Assembly: GCA_963822965.1 (NCBI GenBank)
Contig: CAWGJT010000005.1
Coordinates: 288,001 to 352,000 of the forward strand
Direction: 5' to 3'
DNA length: 64,000 nucleotides
Source: an uncultured delta proteobacterium
GTDB lineage: Bacteria; Myxococcota_A; UBA9160; UBA4427
Part shown: positions 49,295 to 60,746 of the stretch, one piece after another
Layout: each line of letters starts with the position of its first letter
How positions within the stretch are numbered: the first letter of the stretch is position 1
Translations under genes and position numbers: made by a program
The notes under the pieces: generated by a model
Database searches by the model: none
Seen by the model: only the letters and a program-made list of their open reading frames with translations
What the model was told of the DNA's origin: nothing

Positions 49295-49962
49295 CCCGCA
49301 GACTCCTCGCGATCCCGGCCGCCCTGTTGGGAGAACTGCTCGTCCAGCAGCTGACGCAGGGCCTGCCGGGCGCGGTGCAGGCGCGTCTTCACCGCAGCCT
49401 TGGTGAGGCCCAAGGCCTCTGCGGTCTGCTCGGTGTCGAACTCTTCGATGTCCCGCAGCAGCAGGACGGTTCGGTAGGCGTCCGGCAGCTGCTCGATGGC
49501 GCGCCGGACGAGGGTGCGGGTCTCCTGCCGCTCGATCAGGCGGTCGGCGCCGTCCCAGCCCGCGGACGAGAGCTCCAGGTGGCCGTTCTCGGCGAAGCGG
49601 GGGAGCAGGTCGTCGATGGACTCCTCGGGCTTCCGCCGGCGCGTCCGCAGCTTCATGAGGCAGGCGTTCACCACGATCCGGTGGAGCCAGGTGGACACCT
49701 TGGAATCGCCCTCGAAGCGGTCCATGGCCCGGAAGGCCGACACGAACGCCTCCTGGACCGCCTCCCGGGCGTCCTCCTCGCTGCCCATGAAGCGCCGGGC
49801 GACCGACAGCATGCGGCCGGAGTAGAGGCGCAGGAGGGTCTCGTAGGCGGCATCGTCGCCGGCGCGCAGGCCGGCCAGCAGCTTCTCCTCGTCCAGCTCG
49901 GCGGCGGCGGCGGCGGCGCTCTGGGGGGCCTGGCGCACGTGCGGGGACTCCATCGCGGGCAC
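49291..49962 (-). CDS. ECF sigma factor
   Basis: AREAVQEAF, TWLHRIVVN, LPDAYR, VKTRLHRAR. Confidence 0.93.
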   Translation of the reverse strand: MPAMESPHVRQAPQSAAAAAAELDEEKLLAGLRAGDDAAYETLLRLYSGRMLSVARRFMGSEEDAREAVQEAFVSAFRAMDRFEGDSKVSTWLHRIVVNACLMKLRTRRRKPEESIDDLLPRFAENGHLELSSAGWDGADRLIERQETRTLVRRAIEQLPDAYRTVLLLRDIEEFDTEQTAEALGLTKAAVKTRLHRARQALRQLLDEQFSQQGGRDREESAG

Positions 49963-49998
49963 CGTATCACAGCACCGTCCGGGGACCGTCGGCCCGGC

Positions 49999-50364
49999 TC
50001 AGAGCAGCTCCAGGACCTTCTCCGGGGGGCGACCGACCACCGCCCGGCTCCCCCTGACCAGGATCGGGCGCTCCAGCAGGATCGGGGCCGCCGCCATCGC
50101 CTCCAGGATCTCGCCTTCGCCGCTGGCCGGGCCGCAGCCGGCCTCCGCGAAGGCGCTCTCCTGGCGGCGCACGAAGCCGGACGCCGGCCGTCCCAGCCGC
50201 TCGGCCAGGCTCTGCAGCTCGGAGAGGGAGAGCGGATCGTCCAGGTAATGGCGCACCTCGAAGTCGGCGCCCCGTTCCTCGAGCAGGGCGAAGGCCGCGC
50301 GGCTCTTCGAGCAGCGCGGGTTGTGGAGCAACAGCAGCTCCGAGTCGGATGCAGGCAGGCCCAT
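49999..50364 (-). CDS. arsC: ArsC-family (glutaredoxin-type arsenate reductase-like) protein
   Basis: HNPRCSKSR, LERPI, GRPPE. Confidence 0.85.
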   Translation of the reverse strand: MGLPASDSELLLLHNPRCSKSRAAFALLEERGADFEVRHYLDDPLSLSELQSLAERLGRPASGFVRRQESAFAEAGCGPASGEGEILEAMAAAPILLERPILVRGSRAVVGRPPEKVLELL

Positions 50365-50477
50365 CGGGAATCTCCGGCTCGCGAAAGTAGCAGGCGCAAG
50401 GGGACGGGTCGGCGGGTGTCCTGGCCCGTCGCCCGGGGCTTTGCGAGACTCGCCCGCCCCGGCACCAGGAGGAAGCC

Positions 50478-51011
50478 ATGTCCCTGCTCCGCCTTCTCGG
50501 GATCGCACGCGACCGACAGCCGGAGGAGCCGGAGACCCTCCGGCGCATCCTCGTCGAGCTCGAGGCCCTGCACCCGGATCGTGCGCGGTTCCTCGCGGCC
50601 TTCGCGTACATCCTGGCGCGGGTGGCCCACGCCGACCTGAAGATCGACCCCAGCGAGGTGGCGGAGATGGAGCGCATCCTCCGGGACCTCGAGCATCTCC
50701 AGGATGGGGAGCGCCGCCTCGTCGTGCAGATCGCGGTCCAGCAGGCGGTGGACGTGGGCGGTACCGACGACTACCTGGTGACGCGCGAGTTCCGGCGCGT
50801 GAGCGAGAAGCCCGAACGCGTTCGGCTCATGCGCTGTCTGCTCGAGGTGGCCGCCGCGGACGACAGCATCAGCTCGCTCGAGAGCCGCGAGATCGTCGAG
50901 ATCGGCGAGGAGCTCGGGCTCTCGCGCCCCGAGGTGAGCGCTCTCCGCTACGAGTACCGCGACAAGCTGGCCGAGCTCCGGAAGACCGAGAGCGAGAAGC
51001 GCAGCTCCTGA
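50478..51011 (+). CDS. TerB-family protein
   Basis: RVAHADLKIDPSE, VAAADDSISSLE. Confidence 0.8.
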   Translation: MSLLRLLGIARDRQPEEPETLRRILVELEALHPDRARFLAAFAYILARVAHADLKIDPSEVAEMERILRDLEHLQDGERRLVVQIAVQQAVDVGGTDDYLVTREFRRVSEKPERVRLMRCLLEVAAADDSISSLESREIVEIGEELGLSRPEVSALRYEYRDKLAELRKTESEKRSS

Positions 51012-51044
51012 GGCTCTCTCCCGCCGACGGGCGGGACGCGTTCG

Positions 51045-51731
51045 TCAGTTCCGCACCAGCAGCAGGGTGCGGGGGTCGAGCGCGACGTGCAGCGCGGACA
51101 GGTCTTCGTTGTCGTGGTCCTTGAGGGCCCGCAGGACCACGGAGCCGTCCTCCTGGGGCTCGAGGGCCAGGATCACGCTGACGTTCTCCGCGATGTCGCC
51201 CACCGACTCCGGGATCCCGTCCACCCGCTCGCCCGGGATCGCCACCGACAGCCACACCTCGGCCTCCAGCTCCTGCGCCAGGGCTCGCATGTCGAGCAGG
51301 TCCTCGCGCGAGATCTCGTCCAGACCTTCGATCACCACCAGGCTGGGTCGGGCGCCCGCCTCGGACTCCACCTTGACGGCGTCGCGCAGCTTCGCGGCGC
51401 TGAAGCCCGCCGGCGTGTAGACACGGATGCTGCGGTGCCGGTCGATCTCGGTGCGCGTGGCCGTCGCGTCGTCCAGGTGCGTGGAGGAGGCCAGCTCCTC
51501 GTACACCGTGTCGTAGTGGGCGCGGACGTGGGAGACCGTCTGGTCGAGGGCCACGTGCAGCACGGTGCCCCGGCGCAGCAGCTCGTCGAGGGCGACGCCC
51601 ACGACGAAGGGCGTCTTGCCGACTCCGGGCCCCGCCACCAGCACGCCGACGTTGCCGGGCCCGAGGCCTCCGTGCAGTCCCTGCTCCAGCAGCCGGAGCG
51701 GGCTCCGCGCGTTTACGAACTTGCGATACAT
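51045..51731 (-). CDS. Single-domain RecA/KaiC/DnaB-like P-loop ATPase
   Basis: GGLGPGNVGVLVAGPGVGKT, VLHVALD, LVVIEG. Confidence 0.8.
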   Translation of the reverse strand: MYRKFVNARSPLRLLEQGLHGGLGPGNVGVLVAGPGVGKTPFVVGVALDELLRRGTVLHVALDQTVSHVRAHYDTVYEELASSTHLDDATATRTEIDRHRSIRVYTPAGFSAAKLRDAVKVESEAGARPSLVVIEGLDEISREDLLDMRALAQELEAEVWLSVAIPGERVDGIPESVGDIAENVSVILALEPQEDGSVVLRALKDHDNEDLSALHVALDPRTLLLVRN

Positions 51732-51776
51732 GCATTCACCTCGTGCACCGAACAGGCTGCCTGTCGAGCCATGTCG

Positions 51777-53873
<2,097 letters not shown>

Positions 53874-54054
53874 GCCTTGCCTCGTCCGCCTTCCAGCTGG
53901 ACCGATCCACGGGGCACGGAGGAACGGCGCCCGTCGGGGTCACCGCCGTTCCCTGCCCGAGTCGTGACTTCCTGAATTGGGTTCGGTGGACTTTCGAGTT
54001 TCGTGGCTCGGCACTTTAGCGGGGTGCAGCCCTTCCGGCGAGTCCGCGGGCGCG

Positions 54055-54849
54055 TCACCGCACCCCCTTCGGGGAAACCACCCTGCTTGCCGGCTCGGCG
54101 AACGCCACCGCCAGGGCTGCCGACCGGAAGCGGGCCTCCGCGGCGGGCGGATAGCGATGCTCGGGGCCGAGCACGCAGGCCCGCCGCGCCGCGCAGCCCA
54201 CCCGGCAGGCGGGAAGCCCGCGCGACGTCTCGAGGCAGCGGGCGAGGTCGAAGGCCCCGGCCGTCACCGCCCCGCCCGGGCAGGCCGTCTGGCAGGGCGC
54301 GGGACAGCCCTCGCATCCCCGGAACCCCGGATCCGGCTCGGTCGGCGCGAGGCGCCGCTCGGTGAGCAGCAGACCCCGGATGGCGATCCAGGGGCCGAAG
54401 ACGGGATGCACGAGGATCCCCAGGCGGCTGGTGCGGCCGAGACCCGCGCCCTCCGCCAGGGAGACGAAGTCCGCGAAGCGCCCGTCGCCCGGGCCGTCGC
54501 CCGGGCCGCGGCGTTCGAAGTAGCCCGCGGCCACGGCCTCGAAGCCCAGCCGGCGCTCCCCGTCCACGGCCCGCCCCAGGAGCCCCGTCAGGAAGTCGTC
54601 GAGAGGATGCTCGCCGTCCCCCGCGCCCGGCGCGCCCTGGAAGGCCCGGTAGAACCCGGCACCGCCCGTGGCGAGCACGACGGCGGAGGCCGCACCGGGC
54701 AGCCAGTCCCGCGTCCTCCAACCCTCGGGAACCCGGGCGTCGTAGGCGGCGACCGGGAGCACTCCCGCGACGTTCACCCCGCCGGCGGTCAGAGCCGGAT
54801 CGAGCGCGAGGGCTTCGGGATCAGTCGAGCCGGGCACCGGACACGACAC
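54055..54849 (-). CDS. QueG/CblC-like protein with ferredoxin-type Cys motifs; start uncertain
   Basis: LGILVHPVFGPWIAIRG, CEGCPAPCQTACP, C ... CRVGCAARRAC. Confidence 0.65.
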   Translation of the reverse strand: MSCPVPGSTDPEALALDPALTAGGVNVAGVLPVAAYDARVPEGWRTRDWLPGAASAVVLATGGAGFYRAFQGAPGAGDGEHPLDDFLTGLLGRAVDGERRLGFEAVAAGYFERRGPGDGPGDGRFADFVSLAEGAGLGRTSRLGILVHPVFGPWIAIRGLLLTERRLAPTEPDPGFRGCEGCPAPCQTACPGGAVTAGAFDLARCLETSRGLPACRVGCAARRACVLGPEHRYPPAAEARFRSAALAVAFAEPASRVVSPKGVR

Positions 54850-55747
54850 CCGCCTCCGGGGCGGGCACCTTCTTCGCCTCGTCGACGCGAAGCTTCCCCA
54901 CGGCGAGCCGGCCGCCCGCGGCCGCGATCAGCAGGCGCCCGTCCTCGTCCAGTCCCTGCACGGTGCCCGCCGGCGCGTCCGGCCCGCCCTCGCGCAGGCG
55001 GGAATCGAACAGGCGCACCGGCTGGCCGTCGAGCATCGCGAAGGCGCCGGGACTGGGGTCGCATCCCCGGATCAGCCGGTCGAGCTCGCGGGCGGGCCGC
55101 GACCAGTCGAGGCGCGCCACGGCGTCGTCGACGAGCCCCTGGAAGCTCGCCCCGGCCTCCGGCTGGGGGGTGAAGCGGGCGGTGCCGTCGGCGATGCCGT
55201 TCACGGCCTCGACCATCGCGTCCACGCCGAGCGCGTAGAGCTTGTCGAAGTAGAGCGACGCCGCCGTGTCCGTGTCGCCGATGGCCACGCCGCCCTTCTG
55301 GACCACGAGCGGCCCCTCGTCGACCCCTTCGGTCACGTGGAAGACGCTCACCCCCGTCTCCTTCTCGCCCAGGATGATCTGCCAGGCCAGGGCGGCTCCG
55401 CCGCGATACTTCGGCAGCAGCGAGGGGTGGAAGCAGACCGAGCCGTGCCGCGGCAGGTCGGTGATCTCGGGCGGCAGGATCACCGTGGTGAAGGGCAGCA
55501 CGCCCAGCTCCGCGTCCAGCGCCCGGAACTCGTCCACGAGCTCCGGAATCGCCTCGCCCTTGCGGCGGAAGCGCTTGTGGCGGAAGAGCGGCCAGCCCCG
55601 CTCCCCGGCGAGGGCGGCCAGGGGGTCCGGCCGGCCGCCGTCGGGCGGCGCATAGACCCCCACCACCCGGTGACCCGCTGCCGCGAGACGCTCCGTGACG
55701 TCGCGTCCGAAGGCAGCCTGTCCGAAGATCGCGAGACGCAGTCCCAT
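54821..55747 (-). CDS. Formyltransferase (Fmt / 10-formyl-THF dehydrogenase N-terminal-like)
   Basis: IFGQAAFG, FHPSLLPKYRGG, VDEG, IRGCDPSPGA. Confidence 0.85.
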   Translation of the reverse strand: MGLRLAIFGQAAFGRDVTERLAAAGHRVVGVYAPPDGGRPDPLAALAGERGWPLFRHKRFRRKGEAIPELVDEFRALDAELGVLPFTTVILPPEITDLPRHGSVCFHPSLLPKYRGGAALAWQIILGEKETGVSVFHVTEGVDEGPLVVQKGGVAIGDTDTAASLYFDKLYALGVDAMVEAVNGIADGTARFTPQPEAGASFQGLVDDAVARLDWSRPARELDRLIRGCDPSPGAFAMLDGQPVRLFDSRLREGGPDAPAGTVQGLDEDGRLLIAAAGGRLAVGKLRVDEAKKVPAPEAGVVSGARLD

Positions 55748-55784
55748 GGGTCGCCCTTCCTGCCTGGAGGCCAGACCCGCCAGA

Positions 55785-56438
55785 CTACATGAAGGCCCGG
55801 CGCTCGCCGACGCGGCCCCGGGCCCGGGCAGGCACCCCGAAGGCCAGCGTGTGGGGCTCGATCCGTCCGGTCACCAGCGAGCGCGTGCCCACCACAGAGT
55901 GCTCGCCGATCTCCGCCCCGCGCGTCACGGTGACGTCGGAGGCCAGCCAGGAGAAGGCGCCGATCCGGACCCCCGCGGACTTCTCCGGCGTCTCCAGGTC
56001 GAGGGGGTGCTGGTCCGAGTCGTAGACCCGCACGCCGGGACCGATCATGGCGCCCTCCCCCACCTCGACCCACTGCTTCGCCGAGAGCTGGCAGCCGTTC
56101 AGGAAGCAGTCCCGCCCCAGGACGATCCGCGCCCCCGCATACGCGGCCAGGCGGACCTTCTCGACCTCGCAGCGCAGCCACGAGCTCGCTCCCACCTCCA
56201 CCCGCGCTCCCGTCGCCACCGAGAAGCAGACCGCGCCCGGGAAGCGTTCGGTGACGACCCCCGGGCCGATGTGGAGCTCGGCGCCGGGCGCCAGCTCGAA
56301 TCGGGCGACCGCCAGGTTGCTGCTGGCCGTGGGGTGGATCCGCAGCCCCGGGTGCGCGCGCGCCAGTCGTCGCAGGCGCATGCGGTCCCGGGCCTGGACG
56401 GCCCGGAGCAGGAGCCGGACCCCGAGGCCGGTGGGCAC
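55785..56438 (-). CDS. Hexapeptide-repeat (LbH) acyltransferase
   Basis: IGPGVRVYDSDQH, IGEHSVVG, GVPA. Confidence 0.85.
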   Translation of the reverse strand: MPTGLGVRLLLRAVQARDRMRLRRLARAHPGLRIHPTASSNLAVARFELAPGAELHIGPGVVTERFPGAVCFSVATGARVEVGASSWLRCEVEKVRLAAYAGARIVLGRDCFLNGCQLSAKQWVEVGEGAMIGPGVRVYDSDQHPLDLETPEKSAGVRIGAFSWLASDVTVTRGAEIGEHSVVGTRSLVTGRIEPHTLAFGVPARARGRVGERRAFM

Positions 56439-56674
56439 TAGGGCGCGTTCTGCCCTTCCCGCAGCCGGAACGTGATGAAGCCGTGGGTCGGATCGTAGGG
56501 AGACAGACCGACGGTGACCCGGTCGCCCGGGATCACGCGAATGCGGAAGCGACGCATCCGGCCGGAGAGCTGCGCGGTGACGGTCTGACCCGACTCGAGG
56601 GTGATCTGGTAGCGGCCCCCGCCGAGGATCTTGTCCACGCTGCCCGTGGCCTGGATCAGGTCGTCTCGCGCCAA
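56438..56674 (-). CDS. infA: Translation initiation factor IF-1
   Basis: TTG start; ARDDLI ... SGRMRRFRIRVIPGDRV ... SPYD ... ITFR. Confidence 0.93.
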   Translation of the reverse strand: MARDDLIQATGSVDKILGGGRYQITLESGQTVTAQLSGRMRRFRIRVIPGDRVTVGLSPYDPTHGFITFRLREGQNAP

Positions 56675-56801
56675 ACGGGTCTCCTGAGCAAACAAGGGTG
56701 GAACGGGCAGGCAGGCTAGCAGACGGCCGCGCAGCCGCGAGCCCACCGGCCGCGCCGCGGCGTCGCGAGGCGCCCCTGGAGGCAGGCCGCCCCCCGGCCC
56801 G

Positions 56802-57233
56802 TCAGCGGACCAGGAGCACCGAGCAGTGGAGGTGGCGCGAGACGTCGTGGGCCACGCTGCCCAGCAGCAGCTCGGCCAGCCGCGAGCGACCCTTGGCGCC
56901 GAGCACCACCAGATCCACGTCCGAGTCCTTCGCCACCCTCACGATGTCCCGGCGCGGATCCCCCTCGATCCTGCGCCAGCTGCCCTCGACCCCGGCCTCC
57001 CGCACCAGCGCGTGCCATTCCTCGAGCTTCTGCTCCGCCTCGGCGCGGTGCTGCTCGCGGGTCTCGGGCGAGAGGATCTCCTCGTAGCGCACCCCGCGGT
57101 AGACGAGCAGCTCCTCGACGAAGAGCAGCTCGATCCGCGCATGCGTCCCCACCGCGATCTCGATGGCCGTATCGAGCGCCTTGCGCGAGGCCGGCGAGAA
57201 GTCCACGGGTACGAGGATGGCCGAGATCGCCAC
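56802..57233 (-). CDS. Universal stress protein
   Basis: ILVPVDFS, DLVVLG, LLGSVA. Confidence 0.92.
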   Translation of the reverse strand: MAISAILVPVDFSPASRKALDTAIEIAVGTHARIELLFVEELLVYRGVRYEEILSPETREQHRAEAEQKLEEWHALVREAGVEGSWRRIEGDPRRDIVRVAKDSDVDLVVLGAKGRSRLAELLLGSVAHDVSRHLHCSVLLVR

Positions 57234-57423
57234 GAAGCATTCCCTCCAGGCTCACGGGTGCGGATGAGGTCCACCCCGGGCGGGGCGGGAGAATACGGGC
57301 GCCGGCGGGGTCGCGCGACCCGGAACCCCCGACCCCGCGAGGGACCCGGCGCCCTCGCGCCGCGACGGCTCGCGAGAGAGCGGGGGAGACCCGGCCGTGG
57401 CCATGCTAATTTCCGGCCTCCGC

Positions 57424-57515
<92 letters not shown>

Positions 57516-57592
57516 CGAAGTCTCTGCGCCACGGCAGCGCATCCGGGTGCCTGCCGCCGGCGAATCTCCTTCGAGCTCAGCCCGCTGGCACG

Positions 57593-58402
57593 ATGAAGGT
57601 GAGCCATGATGGGGTCCGTGAAGTGGAAGTGAGCCCGACTCCGGACCTCAGCCAGGAGCAACGGGTCCAGGAGACCCAGTACTCGTTCCCGTACCACTAC
57701 CTTCCCGAGCGCCAGGGCCGCCGCTTCTCCCAGCACCGCAACCTGCCCTGGGGCTACGAGTATCTCACCTACGTCGACTTCGTGCTCGACCGGGTCGCGC
57801 AGATCGGCTTCGAGAGCTTGCTCGACGTCGGCTGCGGGGACGGCCGCTTCCTCCGAGAGGCCAGCCGACGCTTTCCCGACAAGCGCCTCGCCGGCATCGA
57901 CTACTCGCCTCGAGCCATCGAGATGGCGGGCTCCATCAACCCCGGCATCGAGTTCGTCGCGGGCGACGTCACCGACCCCGGCGTGCTCGACGGCACGTTC
58001 GACGTGGTCACGCTGATCGAGGTCCTCGAGCACATCCCCCCCGATCAGGCGAGCCACTTCCTGGCAGGCGTGGCACGGCGCTTGTCTCGCGGCGGGCGCC
58101 TCATCGTCACCGTTCCCAGCAACAACCGACCGGTCCGCCCGAAGCACTACCGACATTTCGATCTCGAATCCCTGCGCGAGGCCCTGTCGCCGCACTTCGC
58201 GATCCAGGAGCACTTCTTCCTGAACCGCCACGACTGGCTCACGAGCCTCATCAAGGGCTGCATGACCAATCGCCTCTTCGTGTTGAACGAGCCGCGACTG
58301 GCCTATCTGCTCTTCCGCTTGTACGAGCGGCGCCAGGTCGTCGCGAGCGAGCGCAGCTGCAAGCGTCTGGCGGTGGCCTGCAGCCGGTCGAGCACGGGCT
58401 GA
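57593..58402 (+). CDS. Class I SAM-dependent methyltransferase
   Basis: LLDVGCGDG, GIDYS, FDVVTLIEVLEHI, VTVP. Confidence 0.88.
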   Translation: MKVSHDGVREVEVSPTPDLSQEQRVQETQYSFPYHYLPERQGRRFSQHRNLPWGYEYLTYVDFVLDRVAQIGFESLLDVGCGDGRFLREASRRFPDKRLAGIDYSPRAIEMAGSINPGIEFVAGDVTDPGVLDGTFDVVTLIEVLEHIPPDQASHFLAGVARRLSRGGRLIVTVPSNNRPVRPKHYRHFDLESLREALSPHFAIQEHFFLNRHDWLTSLIKGCMTNRLFVLNEPRLAYLLFRLYERRQVVASERSCKRLAVACSRSSTG

Positions 58403-58408
58403 GCCCCG

Positions 58409-59370
58409 GTGCCCGGTCCCACCGAAGCGCCGAGCGGGGTCGGCGGGCCGAAGCCGCCCGGCCACGTCGGCTTCGCGCTGGGAACGGGGCGCAACGGCAC
58501 CCACTTCGTCGCCCGGCTCTTCGCCGCGGAGCCCGCGGTCGCATCGTGGCACGAACGTCACCCCCTGTCCGACACGTTCCAACGCTACTGCCAGTGGAAC
58601 GAGCTGGCGGTCGACGACGCGGGCTTCCTGGCGGTCAAGGAGGCCGGGGTGCGAGACGATCTGCAGGCGCACGAGCTGTCCTTCGAGGCGAGCGCCTACC
58701 TCTCGATGAGCGTCGCGCAGCTCCAACAGCGATTCGGTGCACGCTTCGCCCTGCTCGTCCGCCGGCCCGACAGGATGGTGAGCTCGCTCCTCGCGAAGGG
58801 CTGATACCGCTCGATTCCCGTGCGGGATGAGCGCCAGCTGGCACCGGGCTATCAGCCCGACGCCGAGAAGCCGCACCATCCCTTCTCGCGCCTCGCACCC
58901 CGGGGCGACGAGGCCGAACGCTGGAACGCCTACACACCCGTCGGCCGCGCGGCCTGGTTCTGGCGCGTCGTCAACGAGCACGTGCTCCGGAGCTTCGACG
59001 CCCTCCCGGAGGACGCGCACCGGGTGGGGTGCGGCTGGAGGACTTCGACTTCGCCACGCACTGCGAGCTCGCGCGCTTCTTCGGAGTCGAGCCGAGGCTG
59101 CAGCCGCAGCGCTATCACGCGCTCGCCGAGAACCGCCCGGAGAGCCTCTCGCCGCGCCGCAGCACGCGCGACTGGTCCGAGCAGGAGGTCCGCGAGTTCG
59201 AGTCCGAGGTCGCCCGGCTGACCGAGCGCCTCGGCTACGAGTGGCGCGTCGCCACCCTGCGCGAGAGCCTGCCCGCCGGGCCACCCGCCCGCAGGCCGGC
59301 CACCGGAGGCGCCGCCGCCCGCTTGCGGGGCCTGGCGCGTCGCGTGGCGAAGCGGCTCCGAAGAGGCTGA
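58409..59370 (+). pseudogene. Sulfotransferase-like P-loop protein interrupted by an in-frame TGA (58802-58804) and a frameshift (~59025)
   Basis: GTGRNGTHF, SWHE, LVRRP ... VSSL ... KG*Y, W ... VN, RLED. Could be assembly error rather than decay. Confidence 0.55.
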
Positions 59371-59392
59371 GCGAGGGCGCCGGCCATGGCCG

Positions 59393-60505
59393 TCAGCGCT
59401 TGTAGCGATTCGGAAGCAGACGTTGGAGGGCCGTCCGGGCCAGGAACCGGGCGAGGCGCAGGGGGCCCTGGACCGCGGGCACCCGCCCCTGCCAGCGCTC
59501 GAAGTCCTCGGCGACGGGACCTGCCAGGAGCTCCTCCCAGCAGCGCGCGACCGGTGCCAGCCCGTACGCCGCACCCCGCTCGCGCGCGTTCTCGACCATC
59601 TGCCGGTACCGCTCCGGCGATCGCAGACGCCGCAGGGCCTCGATGGCCTCGTCCGGCGTCGAGACGATCTCGTAGTCGAGCTCCGAACGGCGCAGGGCGC
59701 GGAACGCCGGCTCGTCTCCGAGCAGCGCCGGGCAGCCGGCGAGCCAGCTGTTGATCAGCTTGCTCGCCGGCTTCGTCGCGAGCCAGCGCGGATTGCCGTG
59801 GCGAATGGCGAGGACCGCGTCGAGGTCGTGGTAGTCGTGCCACTGGCCCCGTTCGGTCCGGATCACGAGCTCCATCCCCATCTCGGCCAGCCGCTGGCGG
59901 AACCGCTCGTCGCGAAACGACTCCGCGAGGTTGCGCTCGCGGCCCAGGAAGCCGACGCGCTCGAGGCGGGCTCCGCGGGCGGGATCGCGCGCCAGCAGCC
60001 CCGGCTGCGGCCAGTAGGGGAGGTAGTGGTCGCGGGGCGACTTCACGAGGATCGGGCTCTGCACGATCTGGCGCTCGCAGACGTAGACGGGCCCGCGGTC
60101 CGCCCGCACGGCGACGATGTAGCTCTGGTAGGGCATCGCGCGCCTCTGGATGTAGTCGAAGTGCGCCACACAGATGGCGCCCGGCACCATCTTTTCCGAG
60201 AGCTCGACGGGCTGTCCCCGGGCCTTGAGGACGAGATACGTGACGAGCGTCCAGGCGTCGGCACCCCGGACGAAGCGGTGGTGGACCTCGCCGGGCAGCG
60301 GGGGGTCCCCGTCCATCACGTCCCGCCATGCCGTAAGGTTCGGCTGGATGAAGACCACCCGGTGGGGGATCGGCCGGGGCACCTCGCCGGGGTCCAGGAC
60401 CTCCTCCGTGTAGACGCGGATGGACTGGGGCATGCGGGCGTGGTACCTCGTGGGCTCCGGCAGGGGGCGATCCGCAACCTTGGACGAGGGCGTGGGCTCT
60501 GGCAA
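59393..60505 (-). CDS. GT-B-like glycosyltransferase-related protein (alternative start ATG 60433)
   Basis: WPQPGL, GFLG, WHDY ... DAVLAIR, KPASKLINSW. Confidence 0.65.
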   Translation of the reverse strand: MPEPTPSSKVADRPLPEPTRYHARMPQSIRVYTEEVLDPGEVPRPIPHRVVFIQPNLTAWRDVMDGDPPLPGEVHHRFVRGADAWTLVTYLVLKARGQPVELSEKMVPGAICVAHFDYIQRRAMPYQSYIVAVRADRGPVYVCERQIVQSPILVKSPRDHYLPYWPQPGLLARDPARGARLERVGFLGRERNLAESFRDERFRQRLAEMGMELVIRTERGQWHDYHDLDAVLAIRHGNPRWLATKPASKLINSWLAGCPALLGDEPAFRALRRSELDYEIVSTPDEAIEALRRLRSPERYRQMVENARERGAAYGLAPVARCWEELLAGPVAEDFERWQGRVPAVQGPLRLARFLARTALQRLLPNRYKR

Positions 60506-60560
60506 CCCGCTCGGCCGGGAGCACCGGCCACCCCGATCCGTTAGATTCGATCTCGCCTGC

Positions 60561-60684
60561 GCCGAGTCGTGATCGCAGGGTCCCGCTCGAACTCGAGGTT
60601 TCGTGAACCCCGTCAGGTCCGGAAGGAAGCAGCGGCAGCGGGAGCTCGGTTGCGAGGGGGGGTGCCCTGCGGTCTCGACTCGGC
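60561..60684 (+). ncRNA. ffs: Bacterial small SRP RNA (4.5S)
   Basis: Domain IV gtcaggtccggaaggaagcagc; terminal stem gccgagtcg/cgactcggc; upstream of dnaX. Confidence 0.95.
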
Positions 60685-60746
60685 GTAGACGACCCCTGCA
60701 CGAGCCCGCCGAGCCGCTCGGCAGGGACTGGAGCGGGGATCCCCCG

